A stretch of DNA of 64,000 bases from Mycobacteriales bacterium. Its GTDB lineage: Bacteria; Actinomycetota; Actinomycetes; JAFAQI01. The translations under genes were made by a program, and so were the position numbers. This document shows, in pieces, positions 11,718-22,256 of this stretch; positions within the stretch are counted from its first letter, which is position 1; every line of letters begins with the position of its first letter. The notes below the pieces were generated by a model. That model was not told the DNA's origin, searched no databases, and saw nothing but the letters and a program-made list of their open reading frames with translations. The DNA lies in the NCBI GenBank assembly GCA_036268295.1, contig DATAUK010000005.1, forward strand, positions 45,624 to 109,623. Direction: 5' to 3'.

Positions 11718-13643
11718 ATGACCCACTACGCCGTCGCGACGGGTGTCTTCCACCTGACGTTTCTCCTCGTCGCGATCCCGGCTGCCAGCGCAGCCGTGCT
11801 GCTGCTCGGCGGCAAGCGCACCAACCCCTGGGGTCACCTGCTTGGCTGCGCCGCGCCGCTCGCGTCGTTCGTGATCGCGGTGGTCGAGTTCTTCGCGCTG
11901 ATCGGCCGCGACGGCGGCGCGAACCGCCAGCTCGACCAGCACCTGTTCAGCTGGCAGCCGGTCGCCGGCTTCCACGTCAACGCCAACGTTCTGCTCGACC
12001 CGCTCTCGATCGTGTTCGTGCTGCTCATCACTGGCGTCGGGTCGCTGATCCACATCTACTCGGTCGGCTACATGGAGCACGACGCCAACCGACGCCGGTT
12101 CTTCGGCGAGCTCAACCTGTTCGTCGCGGCGATGCTGCTGCTCGTCCTCGCCGACAACTACCTGGTGCTCTACGTCGGCTGGGAGGGTGTCGGTCTCGCG
12201 TCGTACCTGCTGATCGGATTCTGGTCGCACAAGCCGAGTGCGGCGGTCGCCGCCAAGAAGGCGTTCCTGGTCAACCGGGTCGGCGACCTCGGGCTCTCGC
12301 TCGCGATCATGCTGATGTTCACGACATTCGGCACGGTCGCTTTCGATGGTGTCTTCAACGGTGCCGCCAGCTCTCATGCGCACAGCGGGACGATGACGGC
12401 GATCGGGCTGTTGCTGCTGCTAGGAGCGTGCGGCAAGAGCGCGCAGGTGCCGCTGCAGTCATGGTTGCTCGACGCGATGGAGGGCCCGACGCCGGTCTCC
12501 GCGCTGATCCATGCCGCGACGATGGTGACCGCCGGGGTCTACCTGGTTGCACGATCGGATGCGATCTACAACGTCGCGCCTCACGCGCGCCTCCTCGTGG
12601 AGATCGTTGGCGCGACGACGCTGGTGTTCGGCGCGATCATCGGGTGCGCCCACGACGACATCAAGAAGGTGCTCGCCGCGTCGACGATGAGCCAGATCGG
12701 CTACATGATGCTTGCGGTAGGCATCGGCCCGGCGGCGTACGCGTTCGGCATCCTGCACCTGCTCACCCATGGGTTCTTCAAGGCGAACATGTTCCTCAGC
12801 GCCGGCTCGGTGATGCACGGCAACAACGACGAAGTGAACATGCGGCGCTACGGCGGGCTGCGCAAGGTGATGCCGTGGACGTTCGCGACGTTCGGATTCG
12901 GCTACCTCGCGATCATCGGCATCATCCCGTTCGCCGGCTTCTTCTCGAAGGACAAGATCATCGAGGCGGCGCTCGACAAGGGTGGGACCGGCGGTGACAT
13001 CTTCGGCGCGGTCGCGATCGCGGGCGCCGGCCTGACCGCGTTCTACATGACGCGCCTGATGCTGATGACGTTCTTCGGCAACAGGCGCTGGCCCAAGGAC
13101 GTCCATCCGCACGACTCGCCGAACGTCATGGTCGTGCCGATGGCGATCCTCGCGTTCGCCTCGCTGGTCGGTGGCTACCTGCTGATCATCCACGGCGACC
13201 TGGTGCACTTCCTGGCGCCGAGCGTCGGGCAGCAGCTGGCGCCCGCGACCCGGCCGCTGTCGGCGACGGTGCTCAGCATCCTGGTGCTCGTCGTCGTACT
13301 CGCCGGTGTGGGGACCGCCTGGTTGCTGGTCGGCGCCAAGCCGATCCCGGCTGAGCCACCGACGCAGGTGATGCCGCTGACCAAGGCAGCCCGCCGCTCA
13401 CTGCTCGGCGACGCCCTCAACGAGGCGGTGTTCATGCGCCCGGGCCAGTACCTCACCCGCGCACTCGTCTTCTTCGACGGCCGCGGCGTCGACGGGGTGG
13501 TCAACGGTCTGGCTGCCGGCATCGGCGGGACCAGTGCCCGGGTACGCCGCGTCCAGACCGGATTCGCGCGGTCCTACGCGCTGTCGATGTTCGCTGGTGC
13601 GTTGGCCGTGGCAGCCACGCTCGTCCTGGTCCGGGTGGGCTGA
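11718..13643 (+). CDS. nuoL: NADH-quinone oxidoreductase subunit L
   Basis: 641-aa antiporter-like subunit with the long C-terminal amphipathic helix region. Confidence 0.93.
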   Translation: MTHYAVATGVFHLTFLLVAIPAASAAVLLLGGKRTNPWGHLLGCAAPLASFVIAVVEFFALIGRDGGANRQLDQHLFSWQPVAGFHVNANVLLDPLSIVFVLLITGVGSLIHIYSVGYMEHDANRRRFFGELNLFVAAMLLLVLADNYLVLYVGWEGVGLASYLLIGFWSHKPSAAVAAKKAFLVNRVGDLGLSLAIMLMFTTFGTVAFDGVFNGAASSHAHSGTMTAIGLLLLLGACGKSAQVPLQSWLLDAMEGPTPVSALIHAATMVTAGVYLVARSDAIYNVAPHARLLVEIVGATTLVFGAIIGCAHDDIKKVLAASTMSQIGYMMLAVGIGPAAYAFGILHLLTHGFFKANMFLSAGSVMHGNNDEVNMRRYGGLRKVMPWTFATFGFGYLAIIGIIPFAGFFSKDKIIEAALDKGGTGGDIFGAVAIAGAGLTAFYMTRLMLMTFFGNRRWPKDVHPHDSPNVMVVPMAILAFASLVGGYLLIIHGDLVHFLAPSVGQQLAPATRPLSATVLSILVLVVVLAGVGTAWLLVGAKPIPAEPPTQVMPLTKAARRSLLGDALNEAVFMRPGQYLTRALVFFDGRGVDGVVNGLAAGIGGTSARVRRVQTGFARSYALSMFAGALAVAATLVLVRVG

Positions 13644-13646
13644 GCG

Positions 13647-15332
13647 ATGCATACCGGATTCCCTTGGGTCACCGTCATCGGTGTGATCCCGCTGGTCGGC
13701 ATCGCGTGGATCATGACGTTGCCGAAGGCGCGTGAGGACTTCGCCAAGGTGGTGGCTCTCGTCGCGTCCCTGGTCGCGATGGTGGCGTCGATCATCATGG
13801 CGTTCGCCTACCAGCTCGGCGGCGCTCGCTTCCAGTTCACCCAGGACTACACCTGGATCAAGGCGTTCGGTGCGCACTACGCGGTGGGCGTCGATGGGAT
13901 CGCGCTCGCGCTGATCCTGATGACGACGATCCTGACGCCGGTCTGCATCCTCGCGTCCTGGCACGATGCCGAGCGTGGCGAGGACGCCGATCCGGAGGCA
14001 CCCGGCGGGCGCGGCCCGAAGCTGTTCTTCTCGTTGCTGCTGGCGACCGAGACGCTGGTAGTCGGCGTCTTCGGCTCGCTCGACGTCTTCTTCTTCTACG
14101 TGCTGTTCGAGGCAATGCTCATCCCGATGTATTTCCTCATCGGGTCTTTCGGTGGGTCGCGTCGGTCCTACGCAGCGGTGAAGTTCCTGCTCTACTCCCT
14201 TGCCGGTGGCCTCTTGATGCTGGTCGCGGTGATCGGACTGTTTGTGGTTTCCTCGCACCAGCTTGGCACCGGCACCTTCGACTACCGGGTGCTGACGTCG
14301 GGCAAGCTGCACATCTCCCACGACGAGCAGGTGGCGCTGTTCCTCGGCTTCTTCATCGCGTTCGCGATCAAGGCGCCGCTGTGGCCGTTCCACACCTGGC
14401 TGCCTGACGCGGCGAGCGAGGCGCCGACCGGCACCGCCGTGATGCTCGTCGGGGTGCTCGACAAGGTGGGGACGTTCGGCTTCCTGCGGTTCTGCATCCC
14501 GCTGTTTCCGTACGCATCGAAGCTGCTCGCGCCCTACATCCTCGGGCTGTGCGTCACGGGCATCTTGTACGGCGCGCTGCTCGCGATCGGTCAGAAGGAC
14601 CTCAAGCGACTGATCGCCTACTCCTCGGTGTCGCACTTCGGCTTCATCGCACTCGGTGTGTTTGCCTTCACGACTCAGGGCGGCTCGGGGGCAACCCTCT
14701 ACATGGTCAACCACGGCTTCTCAACCGGCGCGTTGTTCCTGGTCGTCGGCTTCCTTGCCTCGCGTCGCGGCTCGCGCCTGGTGGATGACTTCGGCGGCGT
14801 CGCGACAGTCGCGCCCTGGCTGGGCGCGATGGTCCTGGTCGCCGGGCTGTCAGCACTGGCACTGCCGGGCCTCTCGACGTTCGTCAGCGAGTTCCTGGTG
14901 TTGCTTGGCACCTTCACCACGCACCGCTGGTTCGCGGTCATCGGCACCTTCGGCATCGTGCTGGCGGCGGTCTACGTGCTCTGGATGGTGCAGCGCACGA
15001 TCCACGGACCGGTTGCTACGGCGGTCGAAGGCTTCAAGGACCTCAGCCTGCGCGAGGCCTGGGTGATCGCGCCGGTCATGGTCGTGATCGTTGCGCTCGG
15101 CGTCTACCCGAAGCCGCTGCTCGACATCATCAACCCGTCGGTCCAACAGACCAACTCAGTGGTGCGAACCCACGATCCGGTTCCGTCGGTGCCCGAGCAG
15201 TCGGCGACGAACTCGTCGTGTGGGCAGTTACCGAGTGCGTTCTCCGCCCTGCCGTTGAGCAACAGCGACGCGTACGCATCGACGTTGCGCCTCACGTTTC
15301 TCGATGATCCGACCTGTGTGAGCGGCAAGTGA
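13647..15332 (+). CDS. nuoM: NADH-quinone oxidoreductase subunit M
   Basis: Antiporter-like subunit of the NuoM/ND4 family. Stop overlaps the nuoN start. Confidence 0.9.
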   Translation: MHTGFPWVTVIGVIPLVGIAWIMTLPKAREDFAKVVALVASLVAMVASIIMAFAYQLGGARFQFTQDYTWIKAFGAHYAVGVDGIALALILMTTILTPVCILASWHDAERGEDADPEAPGGRGPKLFFSLLLATETLVVGVFGSLDVFFFYVLFEAMLIPMYFLIGSFGGSRRSYAAVKFLLYSLAGGLLMLVAVIGLFVVSSHQLGTGTFDYRVLTSGKLHISHDEQVALFLGFFIAFAIKAPLWPFHTWLPDAASEAPTGTAVMLVGVLDKVGTFGFLRFCIPLFPYASKLLAPYILGLCVTGILYGALLAIGQKDLKRLIAYSSVSHFGFIALGVFAFTTQGGSGATLYMVNHGFSTGALFLVVGFLASRRGSRLVDDFGGVATVAPWLGAMVLVAGLSALALPGLSTFVSEFLVLLGTFTTHRWFAVIGTFGIVLAAVYVLWMVQRTIHGPVATAVEGFKDLSLREAWVIAPVMVVIVALGVYPKPLLDIINPSVQQTNSVVRTHDPVPSVPEQSATNSSCGQLPSAFSALPLSNSDAYASTLRLTFLDDPTCVSGK

Positions 15333-16864
15333 GCGACTTCCAGTCTCCTTCGATCGCGTATCACGCGCTGATGCCGATCCTGATTCCCGGCGGCGCGGCG
15401 ATCGTCGGCGTGCTCGTCGATGCCTTCGTCCCTGCGGCCGCTCGTTGGCGGGCGCAGGTCGCGGTCGCGCTGGCCGGCCTGCTCGGCGCGTTGATTGCGT
15501 GCGCGGCGCTTGCCGGTGACCACATCGTGACCGCCAGCAGCGCGGTCAGTGTCGACGGACCCACGTTGTTCCTGCAGGGGACGATCGCCGTTCTCGGCAT
15601 CGGCAGCGTGCTGCTCGTCGCCGACCGCGCTCCAGGGCTGGACGGAGGTGCGTTCGCGGCGCAGGCGTCGACCACACCTGGGTCGTACGAAGAGCGCGCC
15701 AGCTCGCGCCAGGGGCGGGCGCAGACCGAGGTCTTCCCGCTGGTGATGTTTGCGGTCACCGGCATGATGATCTTCCCGGCGTCCAACGACCTGCTGCTGC
15801 TGTTCGTTGCGCTCGAGGTGCTCTCGCTGCCGCTCTACATCCTCTGCGGCCTCGCTCGACGCCGCCGGCTGCTGAGCCAGGAAGCCGCGGTGAAGTACTT
15901 CCTGCTCGGCGCGTTCTCCTCGGCGTTCTTCCTCTACGGACTTGCGCTGCTCTACGGCTACGCCGGCACCGTGTCGCTGGCCGGCATCCAGACCGCCACC
16001 GTCAACGGCACCCACAGCGATACGTTGCTGTTCCTCGGGTTGGCCCTGCTCTCGGTCGGCCTGCTGTTCAAAATCGGCGCCGCGCCGTTCCAGTCCTGGA
16101 TCCCGGACGTGTACGTCGGCGCTCCGACGCCCATCACTGCGTTCATGGCCTCGGCCACCAAGGTTGCCGGATTCGGCGCATTGCTGCGGGTCTTCTACGT
16201 CGCCTTCGGCGGCCTCGGCTGGGAGTGGCGGCCGGTCGCGTGGGGCGTGGCGATCCTGACCATGGTGGTCGGCTCGGTCTTCGCGATCACCCAGACCGAC
16301 GTCAAGCGGATGCTGGCCTACTCATCGGTCGCGCACGCCGGCTTCATCCTGATCGGCGTGATCGCACTCAACCGGGCCGGGCTGTCCGGGTCGATGTTCT
16401 ACCTGCTGACCTACGGCATCACGACGATCGGCGCCTTCGGCATCCTCACTCTGGTCCGCGACCCGGATGGTGAGGCGACTCACCTGTCTCGCTGGGCCGG
16501 GCTGGGTCGCCGCTCACCGTTGGTCGCGGGCGTCTTTGCGCTGTTCCTGCTCGCCCTCGCAGGTATCCCACTGACGTCGGGATTCACCGGGAAGTTCGCT
16601 GTGTTCTCCGCCGGTGTCTCCGGTGGCGCGACACCACTGGTGGTAATCGGTGTCATCACCAGCGCGATGGCGGCGTTCTTCTACGTCCGGGTCATCGTGA
16701 TGATGTTCTTCGCCGACCCGGTCGAGGACGGTCCGGTCATCGTCATCCCGGGCACCGCGACCTCCAGTGCGATCGCGCTTGCCGTCGCAGTTACCGTATT
16801 CCTCGGGGTGTTCCCGCAGCCGTTGCTCAACCTGGCCAACCAAGCGGTGCCGTTCTATCACTGA
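15329..16864 (+). CDS. nuoN: NADH-quinone oxidoreductase subunit N
   Basis: Antiporter-like subunit of the NuoN/ND2 family. Last gene of the operon. Confidence 0.9.
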   Translation: MSDFQSPSIAYHALMPILIPGGAAIVGVLVDAFVPAAARWRAQVAVALAGLLGALIACAALAGDHIVTASSAVSVDGPTLFLQGTIAVLGIGSVLLVADRAPGLDGGAFAAQASTTPGSYEERASSRQGRAQTEVFPLVMFAVTGMMIFPASNDLLLLFVALEVLSLPLYILCGLARRRRLLSQEAAVKYFLLGAFSSAFFLYGLALLYGYAGTVSLAGIQTATVNGTHSDTLLFLGLALLSVGLLFKIGAAPFQSWIPDVYVGAPTPITAFMASATKVAGFGALLRVFYVAFGGLGWEWRPVAWGVAILTMVVGSVFAITQTDVKRMLAYSSVAHAGFILIGVIALNRAGLSGSMFYLLTYGITTIGAFGILTLVRDPDGEATHLSRWAGLGRRSPLVAGVFALFLLALAGIPLTSGFTGKFAVFSAGVSGGATPLVVIGVITSAMAAFFYVRVIVMMFFADPVEDGPVIVIPGTATSSAIALAVAVTVFLGVFPQPLLNLANQAVPFYH

Positions 16865-16897
16865 GGATCGAGCGACCGCCTGTCGAAGGAGGACGCG

Positions 16898-17899
16898 ATG
16901 ACCGGCATCGGTTCCAGCGTCCTCGGCCTCAGCTTCGAGCCGGAGTTCGAAGCCGTCATTCGCGAAGGGCTCGACGCGGTCGAGTCACGACTGCGTGCCG
17001 AGGTGAAGTCCTCGGACGTGTTCGTCAACGAAGCAGCCGCGCACCTGCTCGTCGCCGGCGGCAAGCGGTTCCGGCCGCTCGTGACATTGCTGGCCTCGCA
17101 GTTCGGCGACCCGGCGGCGCCGGGCGTCGTGCCCGCTGCGGTCGTAGTCGAGCTCACCCATCTCGCGACGCTCTACCACGACGACGTCATGGACGAGGCA
17201 TCGCTGCGCCGCGGCGCAGACTCGGCCAACTCCCGGTGGGGCAACACGATCGCGATCCTCACCGGCGACTTCCTGTTCGCGCGCGCCTCGGACCTCCTTG
17301 CCGATCTCGGGCCTGAGGCAGTGCGTCTGCAGGCGCGGACTTTCGAGCGGCTCGTGCACGGCCAGATCCACGAGACCATCGGCCCGGCCGAGACCGACGA
17401 CCCGGTCGAGCACTACCTCGCCGTACTCGCCGACAAGACCGCGTCCCTGCTTGGTACGTCGGCGCGGTTCGGTGCGATGCTGGCCGGCGCCACGGATGCC
17501 GTCACCGAGCTGCTGACACAGTGGGGTGAGCGATTCGGCATCGCCTTCCAGCTCTCCGACGACCTGATCGACATCGCCTCGGAGTCTGACGAGTCCGGCA
17601 AGACACCGGGCAAGGATCTGCGCGAAGACGTCCCGACCCTGCCGGTGCTCCTGCTACGCCGCGCCAACCGCCCTGAGGACGCCGCCCTGCTCGCCGCGCT
17701 TGCCGGCGACCTCTCCTCGGACGCCGCCCTCGCCGCCGTCCTCGCCGAGCTCCGGGCCCACCCGGTCATGCACGAGGCCCGCGAGGTCACGTCCAAGTGG
17801 GCGGCGGACGCCCGCTCGACCCTCGAGCCGCTGCCCGACTCCGCCGCCAAGGCGGCCCTCGAGTCGCTCTGCAACTTCGTCGCCGCCCGCACCGCCTAA
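16898..17899 (+). CDS. trans-polyprenyl diphosphate synthase (menaquinone side-chain synthase-like)
   Basis: Two aspartate-rich motifs (LYHDDVMDE and FQLSDDLID) typical of long-chain trans-isoprenyl diphosphate synthases. Starts 33 bp after nuoN with an RBS-like GGAGGA. Confidence 0.85.
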   Translation: MTGIGSSVLGLSFEPEFEAVIREGLDAVESRLRAEVKSSDVFVNEAAAHLLVAGGKRFRPLVTLLASQFGDPAAPGVVPAAVVVELTHLATLYHDDVMDEASLRRGADSANSRWGNTIAILTGDFLFARASDLLADLGPEAVRLQARTFERLVHGQIHETIGPAETDDPVEHYLAVLADKTASLLGTSARFGAMLAGATDAVTELLTQWGERFGIAFQLSDDLIDIASESDESGKTPGKDLREDVPTLPVLLLRRANRPEDAALLAALAGDLSSDAALAAVLAELRAHPVMHEAREVTSKWAADARSTLEPLPDSAAKAALESLCNFVAARTA

Positions 17900-17908
17900 C
17901 TTTCTCCG

Positions 17909-17966
17909 CCGAACTTGCGCGAATCAACCGTTTCTCGGTCCCAAACCGTTGTTTCGCGCAAGTTCG
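17909..17966. terminator. 14-bp inverted repeat with a ~30-nt loop between convergent genes (possible bidirectional terminator)
   Basis: cgaacttgcgcgaa at 17910-17923 pairs with ttcgcgcaagttcg at 17953-17966. Lies between the polyprenyl synthase stop (17899) and the minus-strand acyl-CoA dehydrogenase stop (17986). Confidence 0.4.
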
Positions 17967-17985
17967 CGGATTGGGTTTGGTCGGA

Positions 17986-19131
17986 TCAGTCGAACAGGGA
18001 CGCGGCGATCAGGTCGTTCATTACCTCGGTGGCGCCGCCGCCGATTCCGAGGATGCGGGCGTCGCGGTAGTGGCGCTCGACCTCGCTGTCGCGCATGTAG
18101 CCGGCGCCGCCGTGGAGCTGCACCGCTTCGTTGACGACGAACGAGCAGGCCGCGACGGCCTGGTTCTTCGCGATCGCGGCCGGCGCGAAGACTTCTTCGC
18201 CGGCAGCGTGGCGGGCGATGATCGAGTGCGCGTAGGTCCGCGAGACCTCGACGGCTCGGGTCATCTCGACGAGCTTGTGGCGCACCACCTGCTTGGCGAT
18301 CAGTGGTTTACCGAAGGCCAGCCGGTCGCGGGTCCAGGCGATCGTGAGGTCGAGTGCCCGCTGCGCGACGGCGTACCCGTGGACTGCCAGCGCCAGCCGC
18401 TCACCGGCGAACTGTTGCGCGACCTGGACGAAGCCACTGCCTTCGGCGCCGATCAGGTTGCCGACCGGGACTCGGACGTCGACGTAGGACAGCTCGCCGG
18501 TGTCACTGCAGAGCCAGCCCATCTTCGCCAGCCTGCGGACCACCGAGAAGCCGGGGGAGTCGGTGTCGACGACGAGTAGCGAGACGCCGCGGTGCGGCTC
18601 GTCGCCGGTGCGCACGACGGTGGTGACGAAGTCAGCGCGGGTCGAGGAGGTGATGAAGGTCTTGGTGCCGTTGACGATGTAGCTGTCGCCGTCGCGGACG
18701 GCACGGGTGCGGATGGCGGCGACGTCGGAGCCGGCATCTGGCTCGGTGACGGCGAGCGAGCCGATCAGCTCGCCGGCGAGGGTCGGCTTGGCGTACCGGT
18801 CGAGGAGCTCGGCGTCGCCCGAGGCGATCAGGTGTGGCAGCGCGATGCCGTGGGTGAACAGGGCCGAGAGCAGACCGCTGGAGGCTCCGGCGTAGAGCAT
18901 CTCCTCGGCCACGATCGTGATGTCGATGGTGTCGCCGCCCTGCCCGCCGGCCGACTCGGGGAACCCGACGCCGAGCAGGCCGGCATCCGCCGCGGCGCGG
19001 TGCAGCGACCGGGGCACCTCGCCGTCGAACTCCCACTGGTCGAGGTGCGGCACGATCTCGCGGCTAGTGAAGTCGCGGACCAGCGCCCGTAACGCGATCC
19101 GCTCTGGCGTGTTCCAGACGTCCTCGCTCAT
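17986..19131 (-). CDS. acyl-CoA dehydrogenase
   Basis: Full ACAD fold including the C-terminal YRDARI..GG..EVM motif. Start placed at the internal Met (MSEDVW) so it does not overlap the upstream gene. The track ORF extends to 19194. Confidence 0.85.
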   Translation of the reverse strand: MSEDVWNTPERIALRALVRDFTSREIVPHLDQWEFDGEVPRSLHRAAADAGLLGVGFPESAGGQGGDTIDITIVAEEMLYAGASSGLLSALFTHGIALPHLIASGDAELLDRYAKPTLAGELIGSLAVTEPDAGSDVAAIRTRAVRDGDSYIVNGTKTFITSSTRADFVTTVVRTGDEPHRGVSLLVVDTDSPGFSVVRRLAKMGWLCSDTGELSYVDVRVPVGNLIGAEGSGFVQVAQQFAGERLALAVHGYAVAQRALDLTIAWTRDRLAFGKPLIAKQVVRHKLVEMTRAVEVSRTYAHSIIARHAAGEEVFAPAAIAKNQAVAACSFVVNEAVQLHGGAGYMRDSEVERHYRDARILGIGGGATEVMNDLIAASLFD

Positions 19132-19142
19132 CGTCACGACAC

Positions 19143-20864
19143 CTAGTCCTCGATCAGGAAGATCGGGAGGTCGAAGTGTTTGCTGCGTAGCCATTCGCCG
19201 AGCCCTTTGGCCTGCGGATCCTGACGGGTCGAGGAGGCGACTCCCTCGCCGAGCAGGCCGTCGATCACGAAGTTGAGCGCCCGCAGGTTAGGCAGCTCGT
19301 GTCGGGTCATCTTCAGCTCGGCGGTCTCCGGCAGTAGCCACTTGATGCAGTCGACATCGATCGAGTGAGCAAGCCAGTGGTACGCCGCGTCGGTGCGCAC
19401 CCACAGTCCCAGGTTGGCGTTGCCGCCCTTGTCGCCGCTTCGCGCGCCGACGATCGAGCCCAGTGGCACGCGCCAGATCGGCCCCCAGTCCTCGGGTGGG
19501 TCGGGCAGGTGCGGCTTAGTGGACGGCCGCCGTCGACCGGCTTCGCCCGGGTTGACGTCGATGTCGATCACCGTGCCGTCCTCGGTGACGACGCGGTGCT
19601 CGACCAGCGAGTTCGGAAGGTAGGCCGCCTGGTAGACGCCGTACGGCGTTGCATCGGCCGGTGGCGCGGTGATCGTCGCGCCGGGATAGCTGGCGAGGGC
19701 GATCTCGACCGCGGCGCTGGAGAACGGCCGGCCGATCCGCTGCGCGTCCTGGTCCTTGACCGCGACCGTCAGCCGCGCGACGGCCTGGTCGTTGGTCCCG
19801 GCGTCGTCGCGGTCGGTCCGGGACAGCGACCACTCGACCGTCTGGATGCCCTCGAGCGTCGGCGCGAGCTGCCGCTTCACCAGATCGGCCTTGGCGTCGA
19901 TATCGAGGCCGGTCAACAAAAACGTCATCGAGTTGCGGAAGCCACCGAGGGTGTTGACCGCGACCTTGGTGGTGTCCGGCGGCACGATTCCGCGAACGCC
20001 GGAGAGCATGACCCGGTCGTCGCCGCAGCGCTCGATCACGATGGTCGAGAAGTCCGCGGTGACGTCCGGGTTCAGATAGAGCGGGCCTTGGATCTCGTAC
20101 AGCAGCTGCGCCGTAACCGTGCCGACATCGACCAGGCCGCCGGTGTCCTCGTGCTTGGTGACGATCGACGTGCCGTCCTCGGAGATCTCAGCGAGCGGGA
20201 AGCCGACGTGCTCCATGCCGGGCACCTCGGTGAAGAAGGAGTAGTTGCCGCCGGTTGCCTGCGCGCCGCACTCGAGGACGTGGCCGGCGACCAGTGCGCC
20301 GGCGAGCGCGTCATAGTCGTCGCGAGCCCAGCCGTGCCACCACGCCGCTGACCCGATCACGAGGGCGGCATCGGTGACCCGGCCGGTCACCACCACCTGC
20401 GCGCCACCCTCGAGTGCCGCCGCGATGCCCCAGCCGCCGAGGTAGGCGTTGGCGGTGATCGTCGAGGCCGGCAGCTCGACGCCGGCCGCCGCAAGCTCTT
20501 CGAGACGTGGCAACAGGTCGTCACCCTCGACGTGGGCCACGTTGACCCGCAGCCCGAGCTTCGTCGCGACCTCGCGAATCACCGACGCGCAGCCGGCCGG
20601 GTTCAGGCCGCCGGCGTTCGCCACGATCCGAACCCCGCGCTCCCACGCCAGTCCCAGGCAGTCCTCGAGCTGACGGACGAAGCTCGTCGCATAGCCCCGG
20701 CTCGGGTCCTTGGCGGCCGATCGCCAGAGCAGCAGCATCGTCAGCTCGGCGAGATAGTCACCGGTCAGGACGTCGAGGTCGCCGCCTTCGAGCATCTCCC
20801 GCATCGCGGCAAAGCGGTCGCCGTAGAAGCCCGAGCAGTTCCCGATCCGCACCGCCCGAGCCAC
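19143..20864 (-). CDS. AtuA-like (DUF1446) acyclic-terpene-utilisation family protein with a C-terminal DUF4387-like extension
   Basis: N-terminus (RIGNCSGFYGDR...LDVLTGDYLAE) matches the AtuA family. 573 aa is longer than stand-alone AtuA, consistent with a fusion to the usual small partner protein. Confidence 0.7.
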   Translation of the reverse strand: MARAVRIGNCSGFYGDRFAAMREMLEGGDLDVLTGDYLAELTMLLLWRSAAKDPSRGYATSFVRQLEDCLGLAWERGVRIVANAGGLNPAGCASVIREVATKLGLRVNVAHVEGDDLLPRLEELAAAGVELPASTITANAYLGGWGIAAALEGGAQVVVTGRVTDAALVIGSAAWWHGWARDDYDALAGALVAGHVLECGAQATGGNYSFFTEVPGMEHVGFPLAEISEDGTSIVTKHEDTGGLVDVGTVTAQLLYEIQGPLYLNPDVTADFSTIVIERCGDDRVMLSGVRGIVPPDTTKVAVNTLGGFRNSMTFLLTGLDIDAKADLVKRQLAPTLEGIQTVEWSLSRTDRDDAGTNDQAVARLTVAVKDQDAQRIGRPFSSAAVEIALASYPGATITAPPADATPYGVYQAAYLPNSLVEHRVVTEDGTVIDIDVNPGEAGRRRPSTKPHLPDPPEDWGPIWRVPLGSIVGARSGDKGGNANLGLWVRTDAAYHWLAHSIDVDCIKWLLPETAELKMTRHELPNLRALNFVIDGLLGEGVASSTRQDPQAKGLGEWLRSKHFDLPIFLIED

Positions 20865-20950
20865 GTATGGACCTTATCCGCCCACCTCTCCGACGTGTCA
20901 GACCCACCGGGCGCTCCAGCGCCGGTGCGTTCTGACGCAAGCGACCGGTC

Positions 20951-21433
20951 GTGGCACCTAGGCTTGCGGCGATGAAGCGGCTGGCGATGTCGGTGTTTCG
21001 CTGGCTTCCTCGGCCGCTGCGTCGGCTGCTGGTCCGCCTCGTCACTCCGTCCTACACCGTCGGTGCGGTGCTCGCATTGAAGCGGACCGACGGTGCTCTT
21101 CTCTTGGTCGAGCAGCGCCACAGCCCGGGCTGGGCGTTGCCCGGTGGTCTGCTCAGCCGCGGTGAGAGCCCGAGCGAGGGAGTCGTCCGCGAGATCGCCG
21201 AAGAGCTCGGCATCACCATCGATCCAGCGAAGCTGCCGCGACCGTTCGCGGTGGTCGCACCACGGGTACGCCGGGTCGACGTCGTCTATGTCATGACCAC
21301 GTTCGGCGCCGTGACTGCCCGCCGCGGACCCGACACCGACGAGGTCACAGGGGTCGGCTGGTTCGCGCTCGATGCGCTGCCCGAGCTCAGCGACGCGACC
21401 GTCGACATCCTGCGCGACGTGCGGCTGCTGTGA
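20951..21433 (+). CDS. NUDIX hydrolase
   Basis: Nudix box GGLLSRGESPSEGVVREIAEELG. Overlaps the next gene by 4 bp. Confidence 0.75.
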   Translation: MAPRLAAMKRLAMSVFRWLPRPLRRLLVRLVTPSYTVGAVLALKRTDGALLLVEQRHSPGWALPGGLLSRGESPSEGVVREIAEELGITIDPAKLPRPFAVVAPRVRRVDVVYVMTTFGAVTARRGPDTDEVTGVGWFALDALPELSDATVDILRDVRLL

Positions 21434-22203
21434 CCGGCGATCTTGCGGCGCTGGTTCTTGCGGCCGGCGAAGGCAAGCGGCTACGGCCGCTGACCGAGCT
21501 GCGACCCAAACCGCTCTGCCCGGTCAGTGACACCACGCTGCTCGACCTCGCGCTCGATCGCGTTACCCCGCTCGTGCCCGCCGAAGCGATCGCGGTCAAC
21601 GCCCATCACCTCGCCGACCAGATCGCCGACTACCTCGGCGATCGCGCCCACCTTTCGATCGAGCAACCCGAAGCGCTAGGTACGGCGGGTGCCGTTGCCG
21701 CGATCAGCGGCTGGCTCGACGGCCGCGACGTGTTGATCGCTAACGGCGACGTGGCGTTGCACCCAACGCCGGACCTCGCTGAGTTCGTTGCGGCCTGGGA
21801 TCGCGAGCGACCGCGGCTGCTGGTCGTCGAGGATCACGACGATCCGGACTTCGATGATCGCTGGCGCTTCGCCGGCATCTCGCTGCTGCCGGCCGCAATC
21901 GCCGCGACGCTGAAGCCCGAGCCGAGCGGGCTGTTCGAAGTGGTGTGGCGCAACACCGCGATCGATCGCGTCCCGACGTCGGCGACCTATGTCGACTGCG
22001 GCGACCCATCGGCCTACCTCCGCGCCAACCTGCTGCTCTCCGGCGGCGAGTCGGTGATCGGCGCCGGGGCCTCGGTCGAAGGGACGGTCGAACGCTGCGT
22101 GGTCTGGCCCGGCGCGGCGGTGGCCGCCGACGAGCGTCTGGTCGAGGTGATCCGCGTCGTCGGGTCGGATGGCGAGCCGCTCACTGTGGCGGCACCGCAG
22201 TAA
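21430..22203 (+). CDS. sugar-phosphate nucleotidyltransferase (NTP-transferase family)
   Basis: N-terminal LAAGEGKRLRPLT..PKPL signature of nucleotidyltransferases. Confidence 0.75.
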   Translation: MTGDLAALVLAAGEGKRLRPLTELRPKPLCPVSDTTLLDLALDRVTPLVPAEAIAVNAHHLADQIADYLGDRAHLSIEQPEALGTAGAVAAISGWLDGRDVLIANGDVALHPTPDLAEFVAAWDRERPRLLVVEDHDDPDFDDRWRFAGISLLPAAIAATLKPEPSGLFEVVWRNTAIDRVPTSATYVDCGDPSAYLRANLLLSGGESVIGAGASVEGTVERCVVWPGAAVAADERLVEVIRVVGSDGEPLTVAAPQ

Positions 22204-22256
22204 CGCTGCGGCGCGCTAACCGGGCGGCGGCGGGTTGCCGTCGTACCGTCGGTCAG

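Noticed and set aside
17924-17934. Shared atcaaccgttt motif between the 17.9-kb and 55.5-kb hairpins as evidence for a dispersed mobile element
   Set aside because: Only ~10-11 nt are shared and the flanks differ. It is kept as a remark inside another finding, not called as a repeat family.
21945-22256. Upstream 104 codons of the corA track ORF overlapping the nucleotidyltransferase gene
   Set aside because: Arg/Gly-rich, not CorA-like, and overlaps the preceding gene. GTG at 22257 gives a normal-length CorA.
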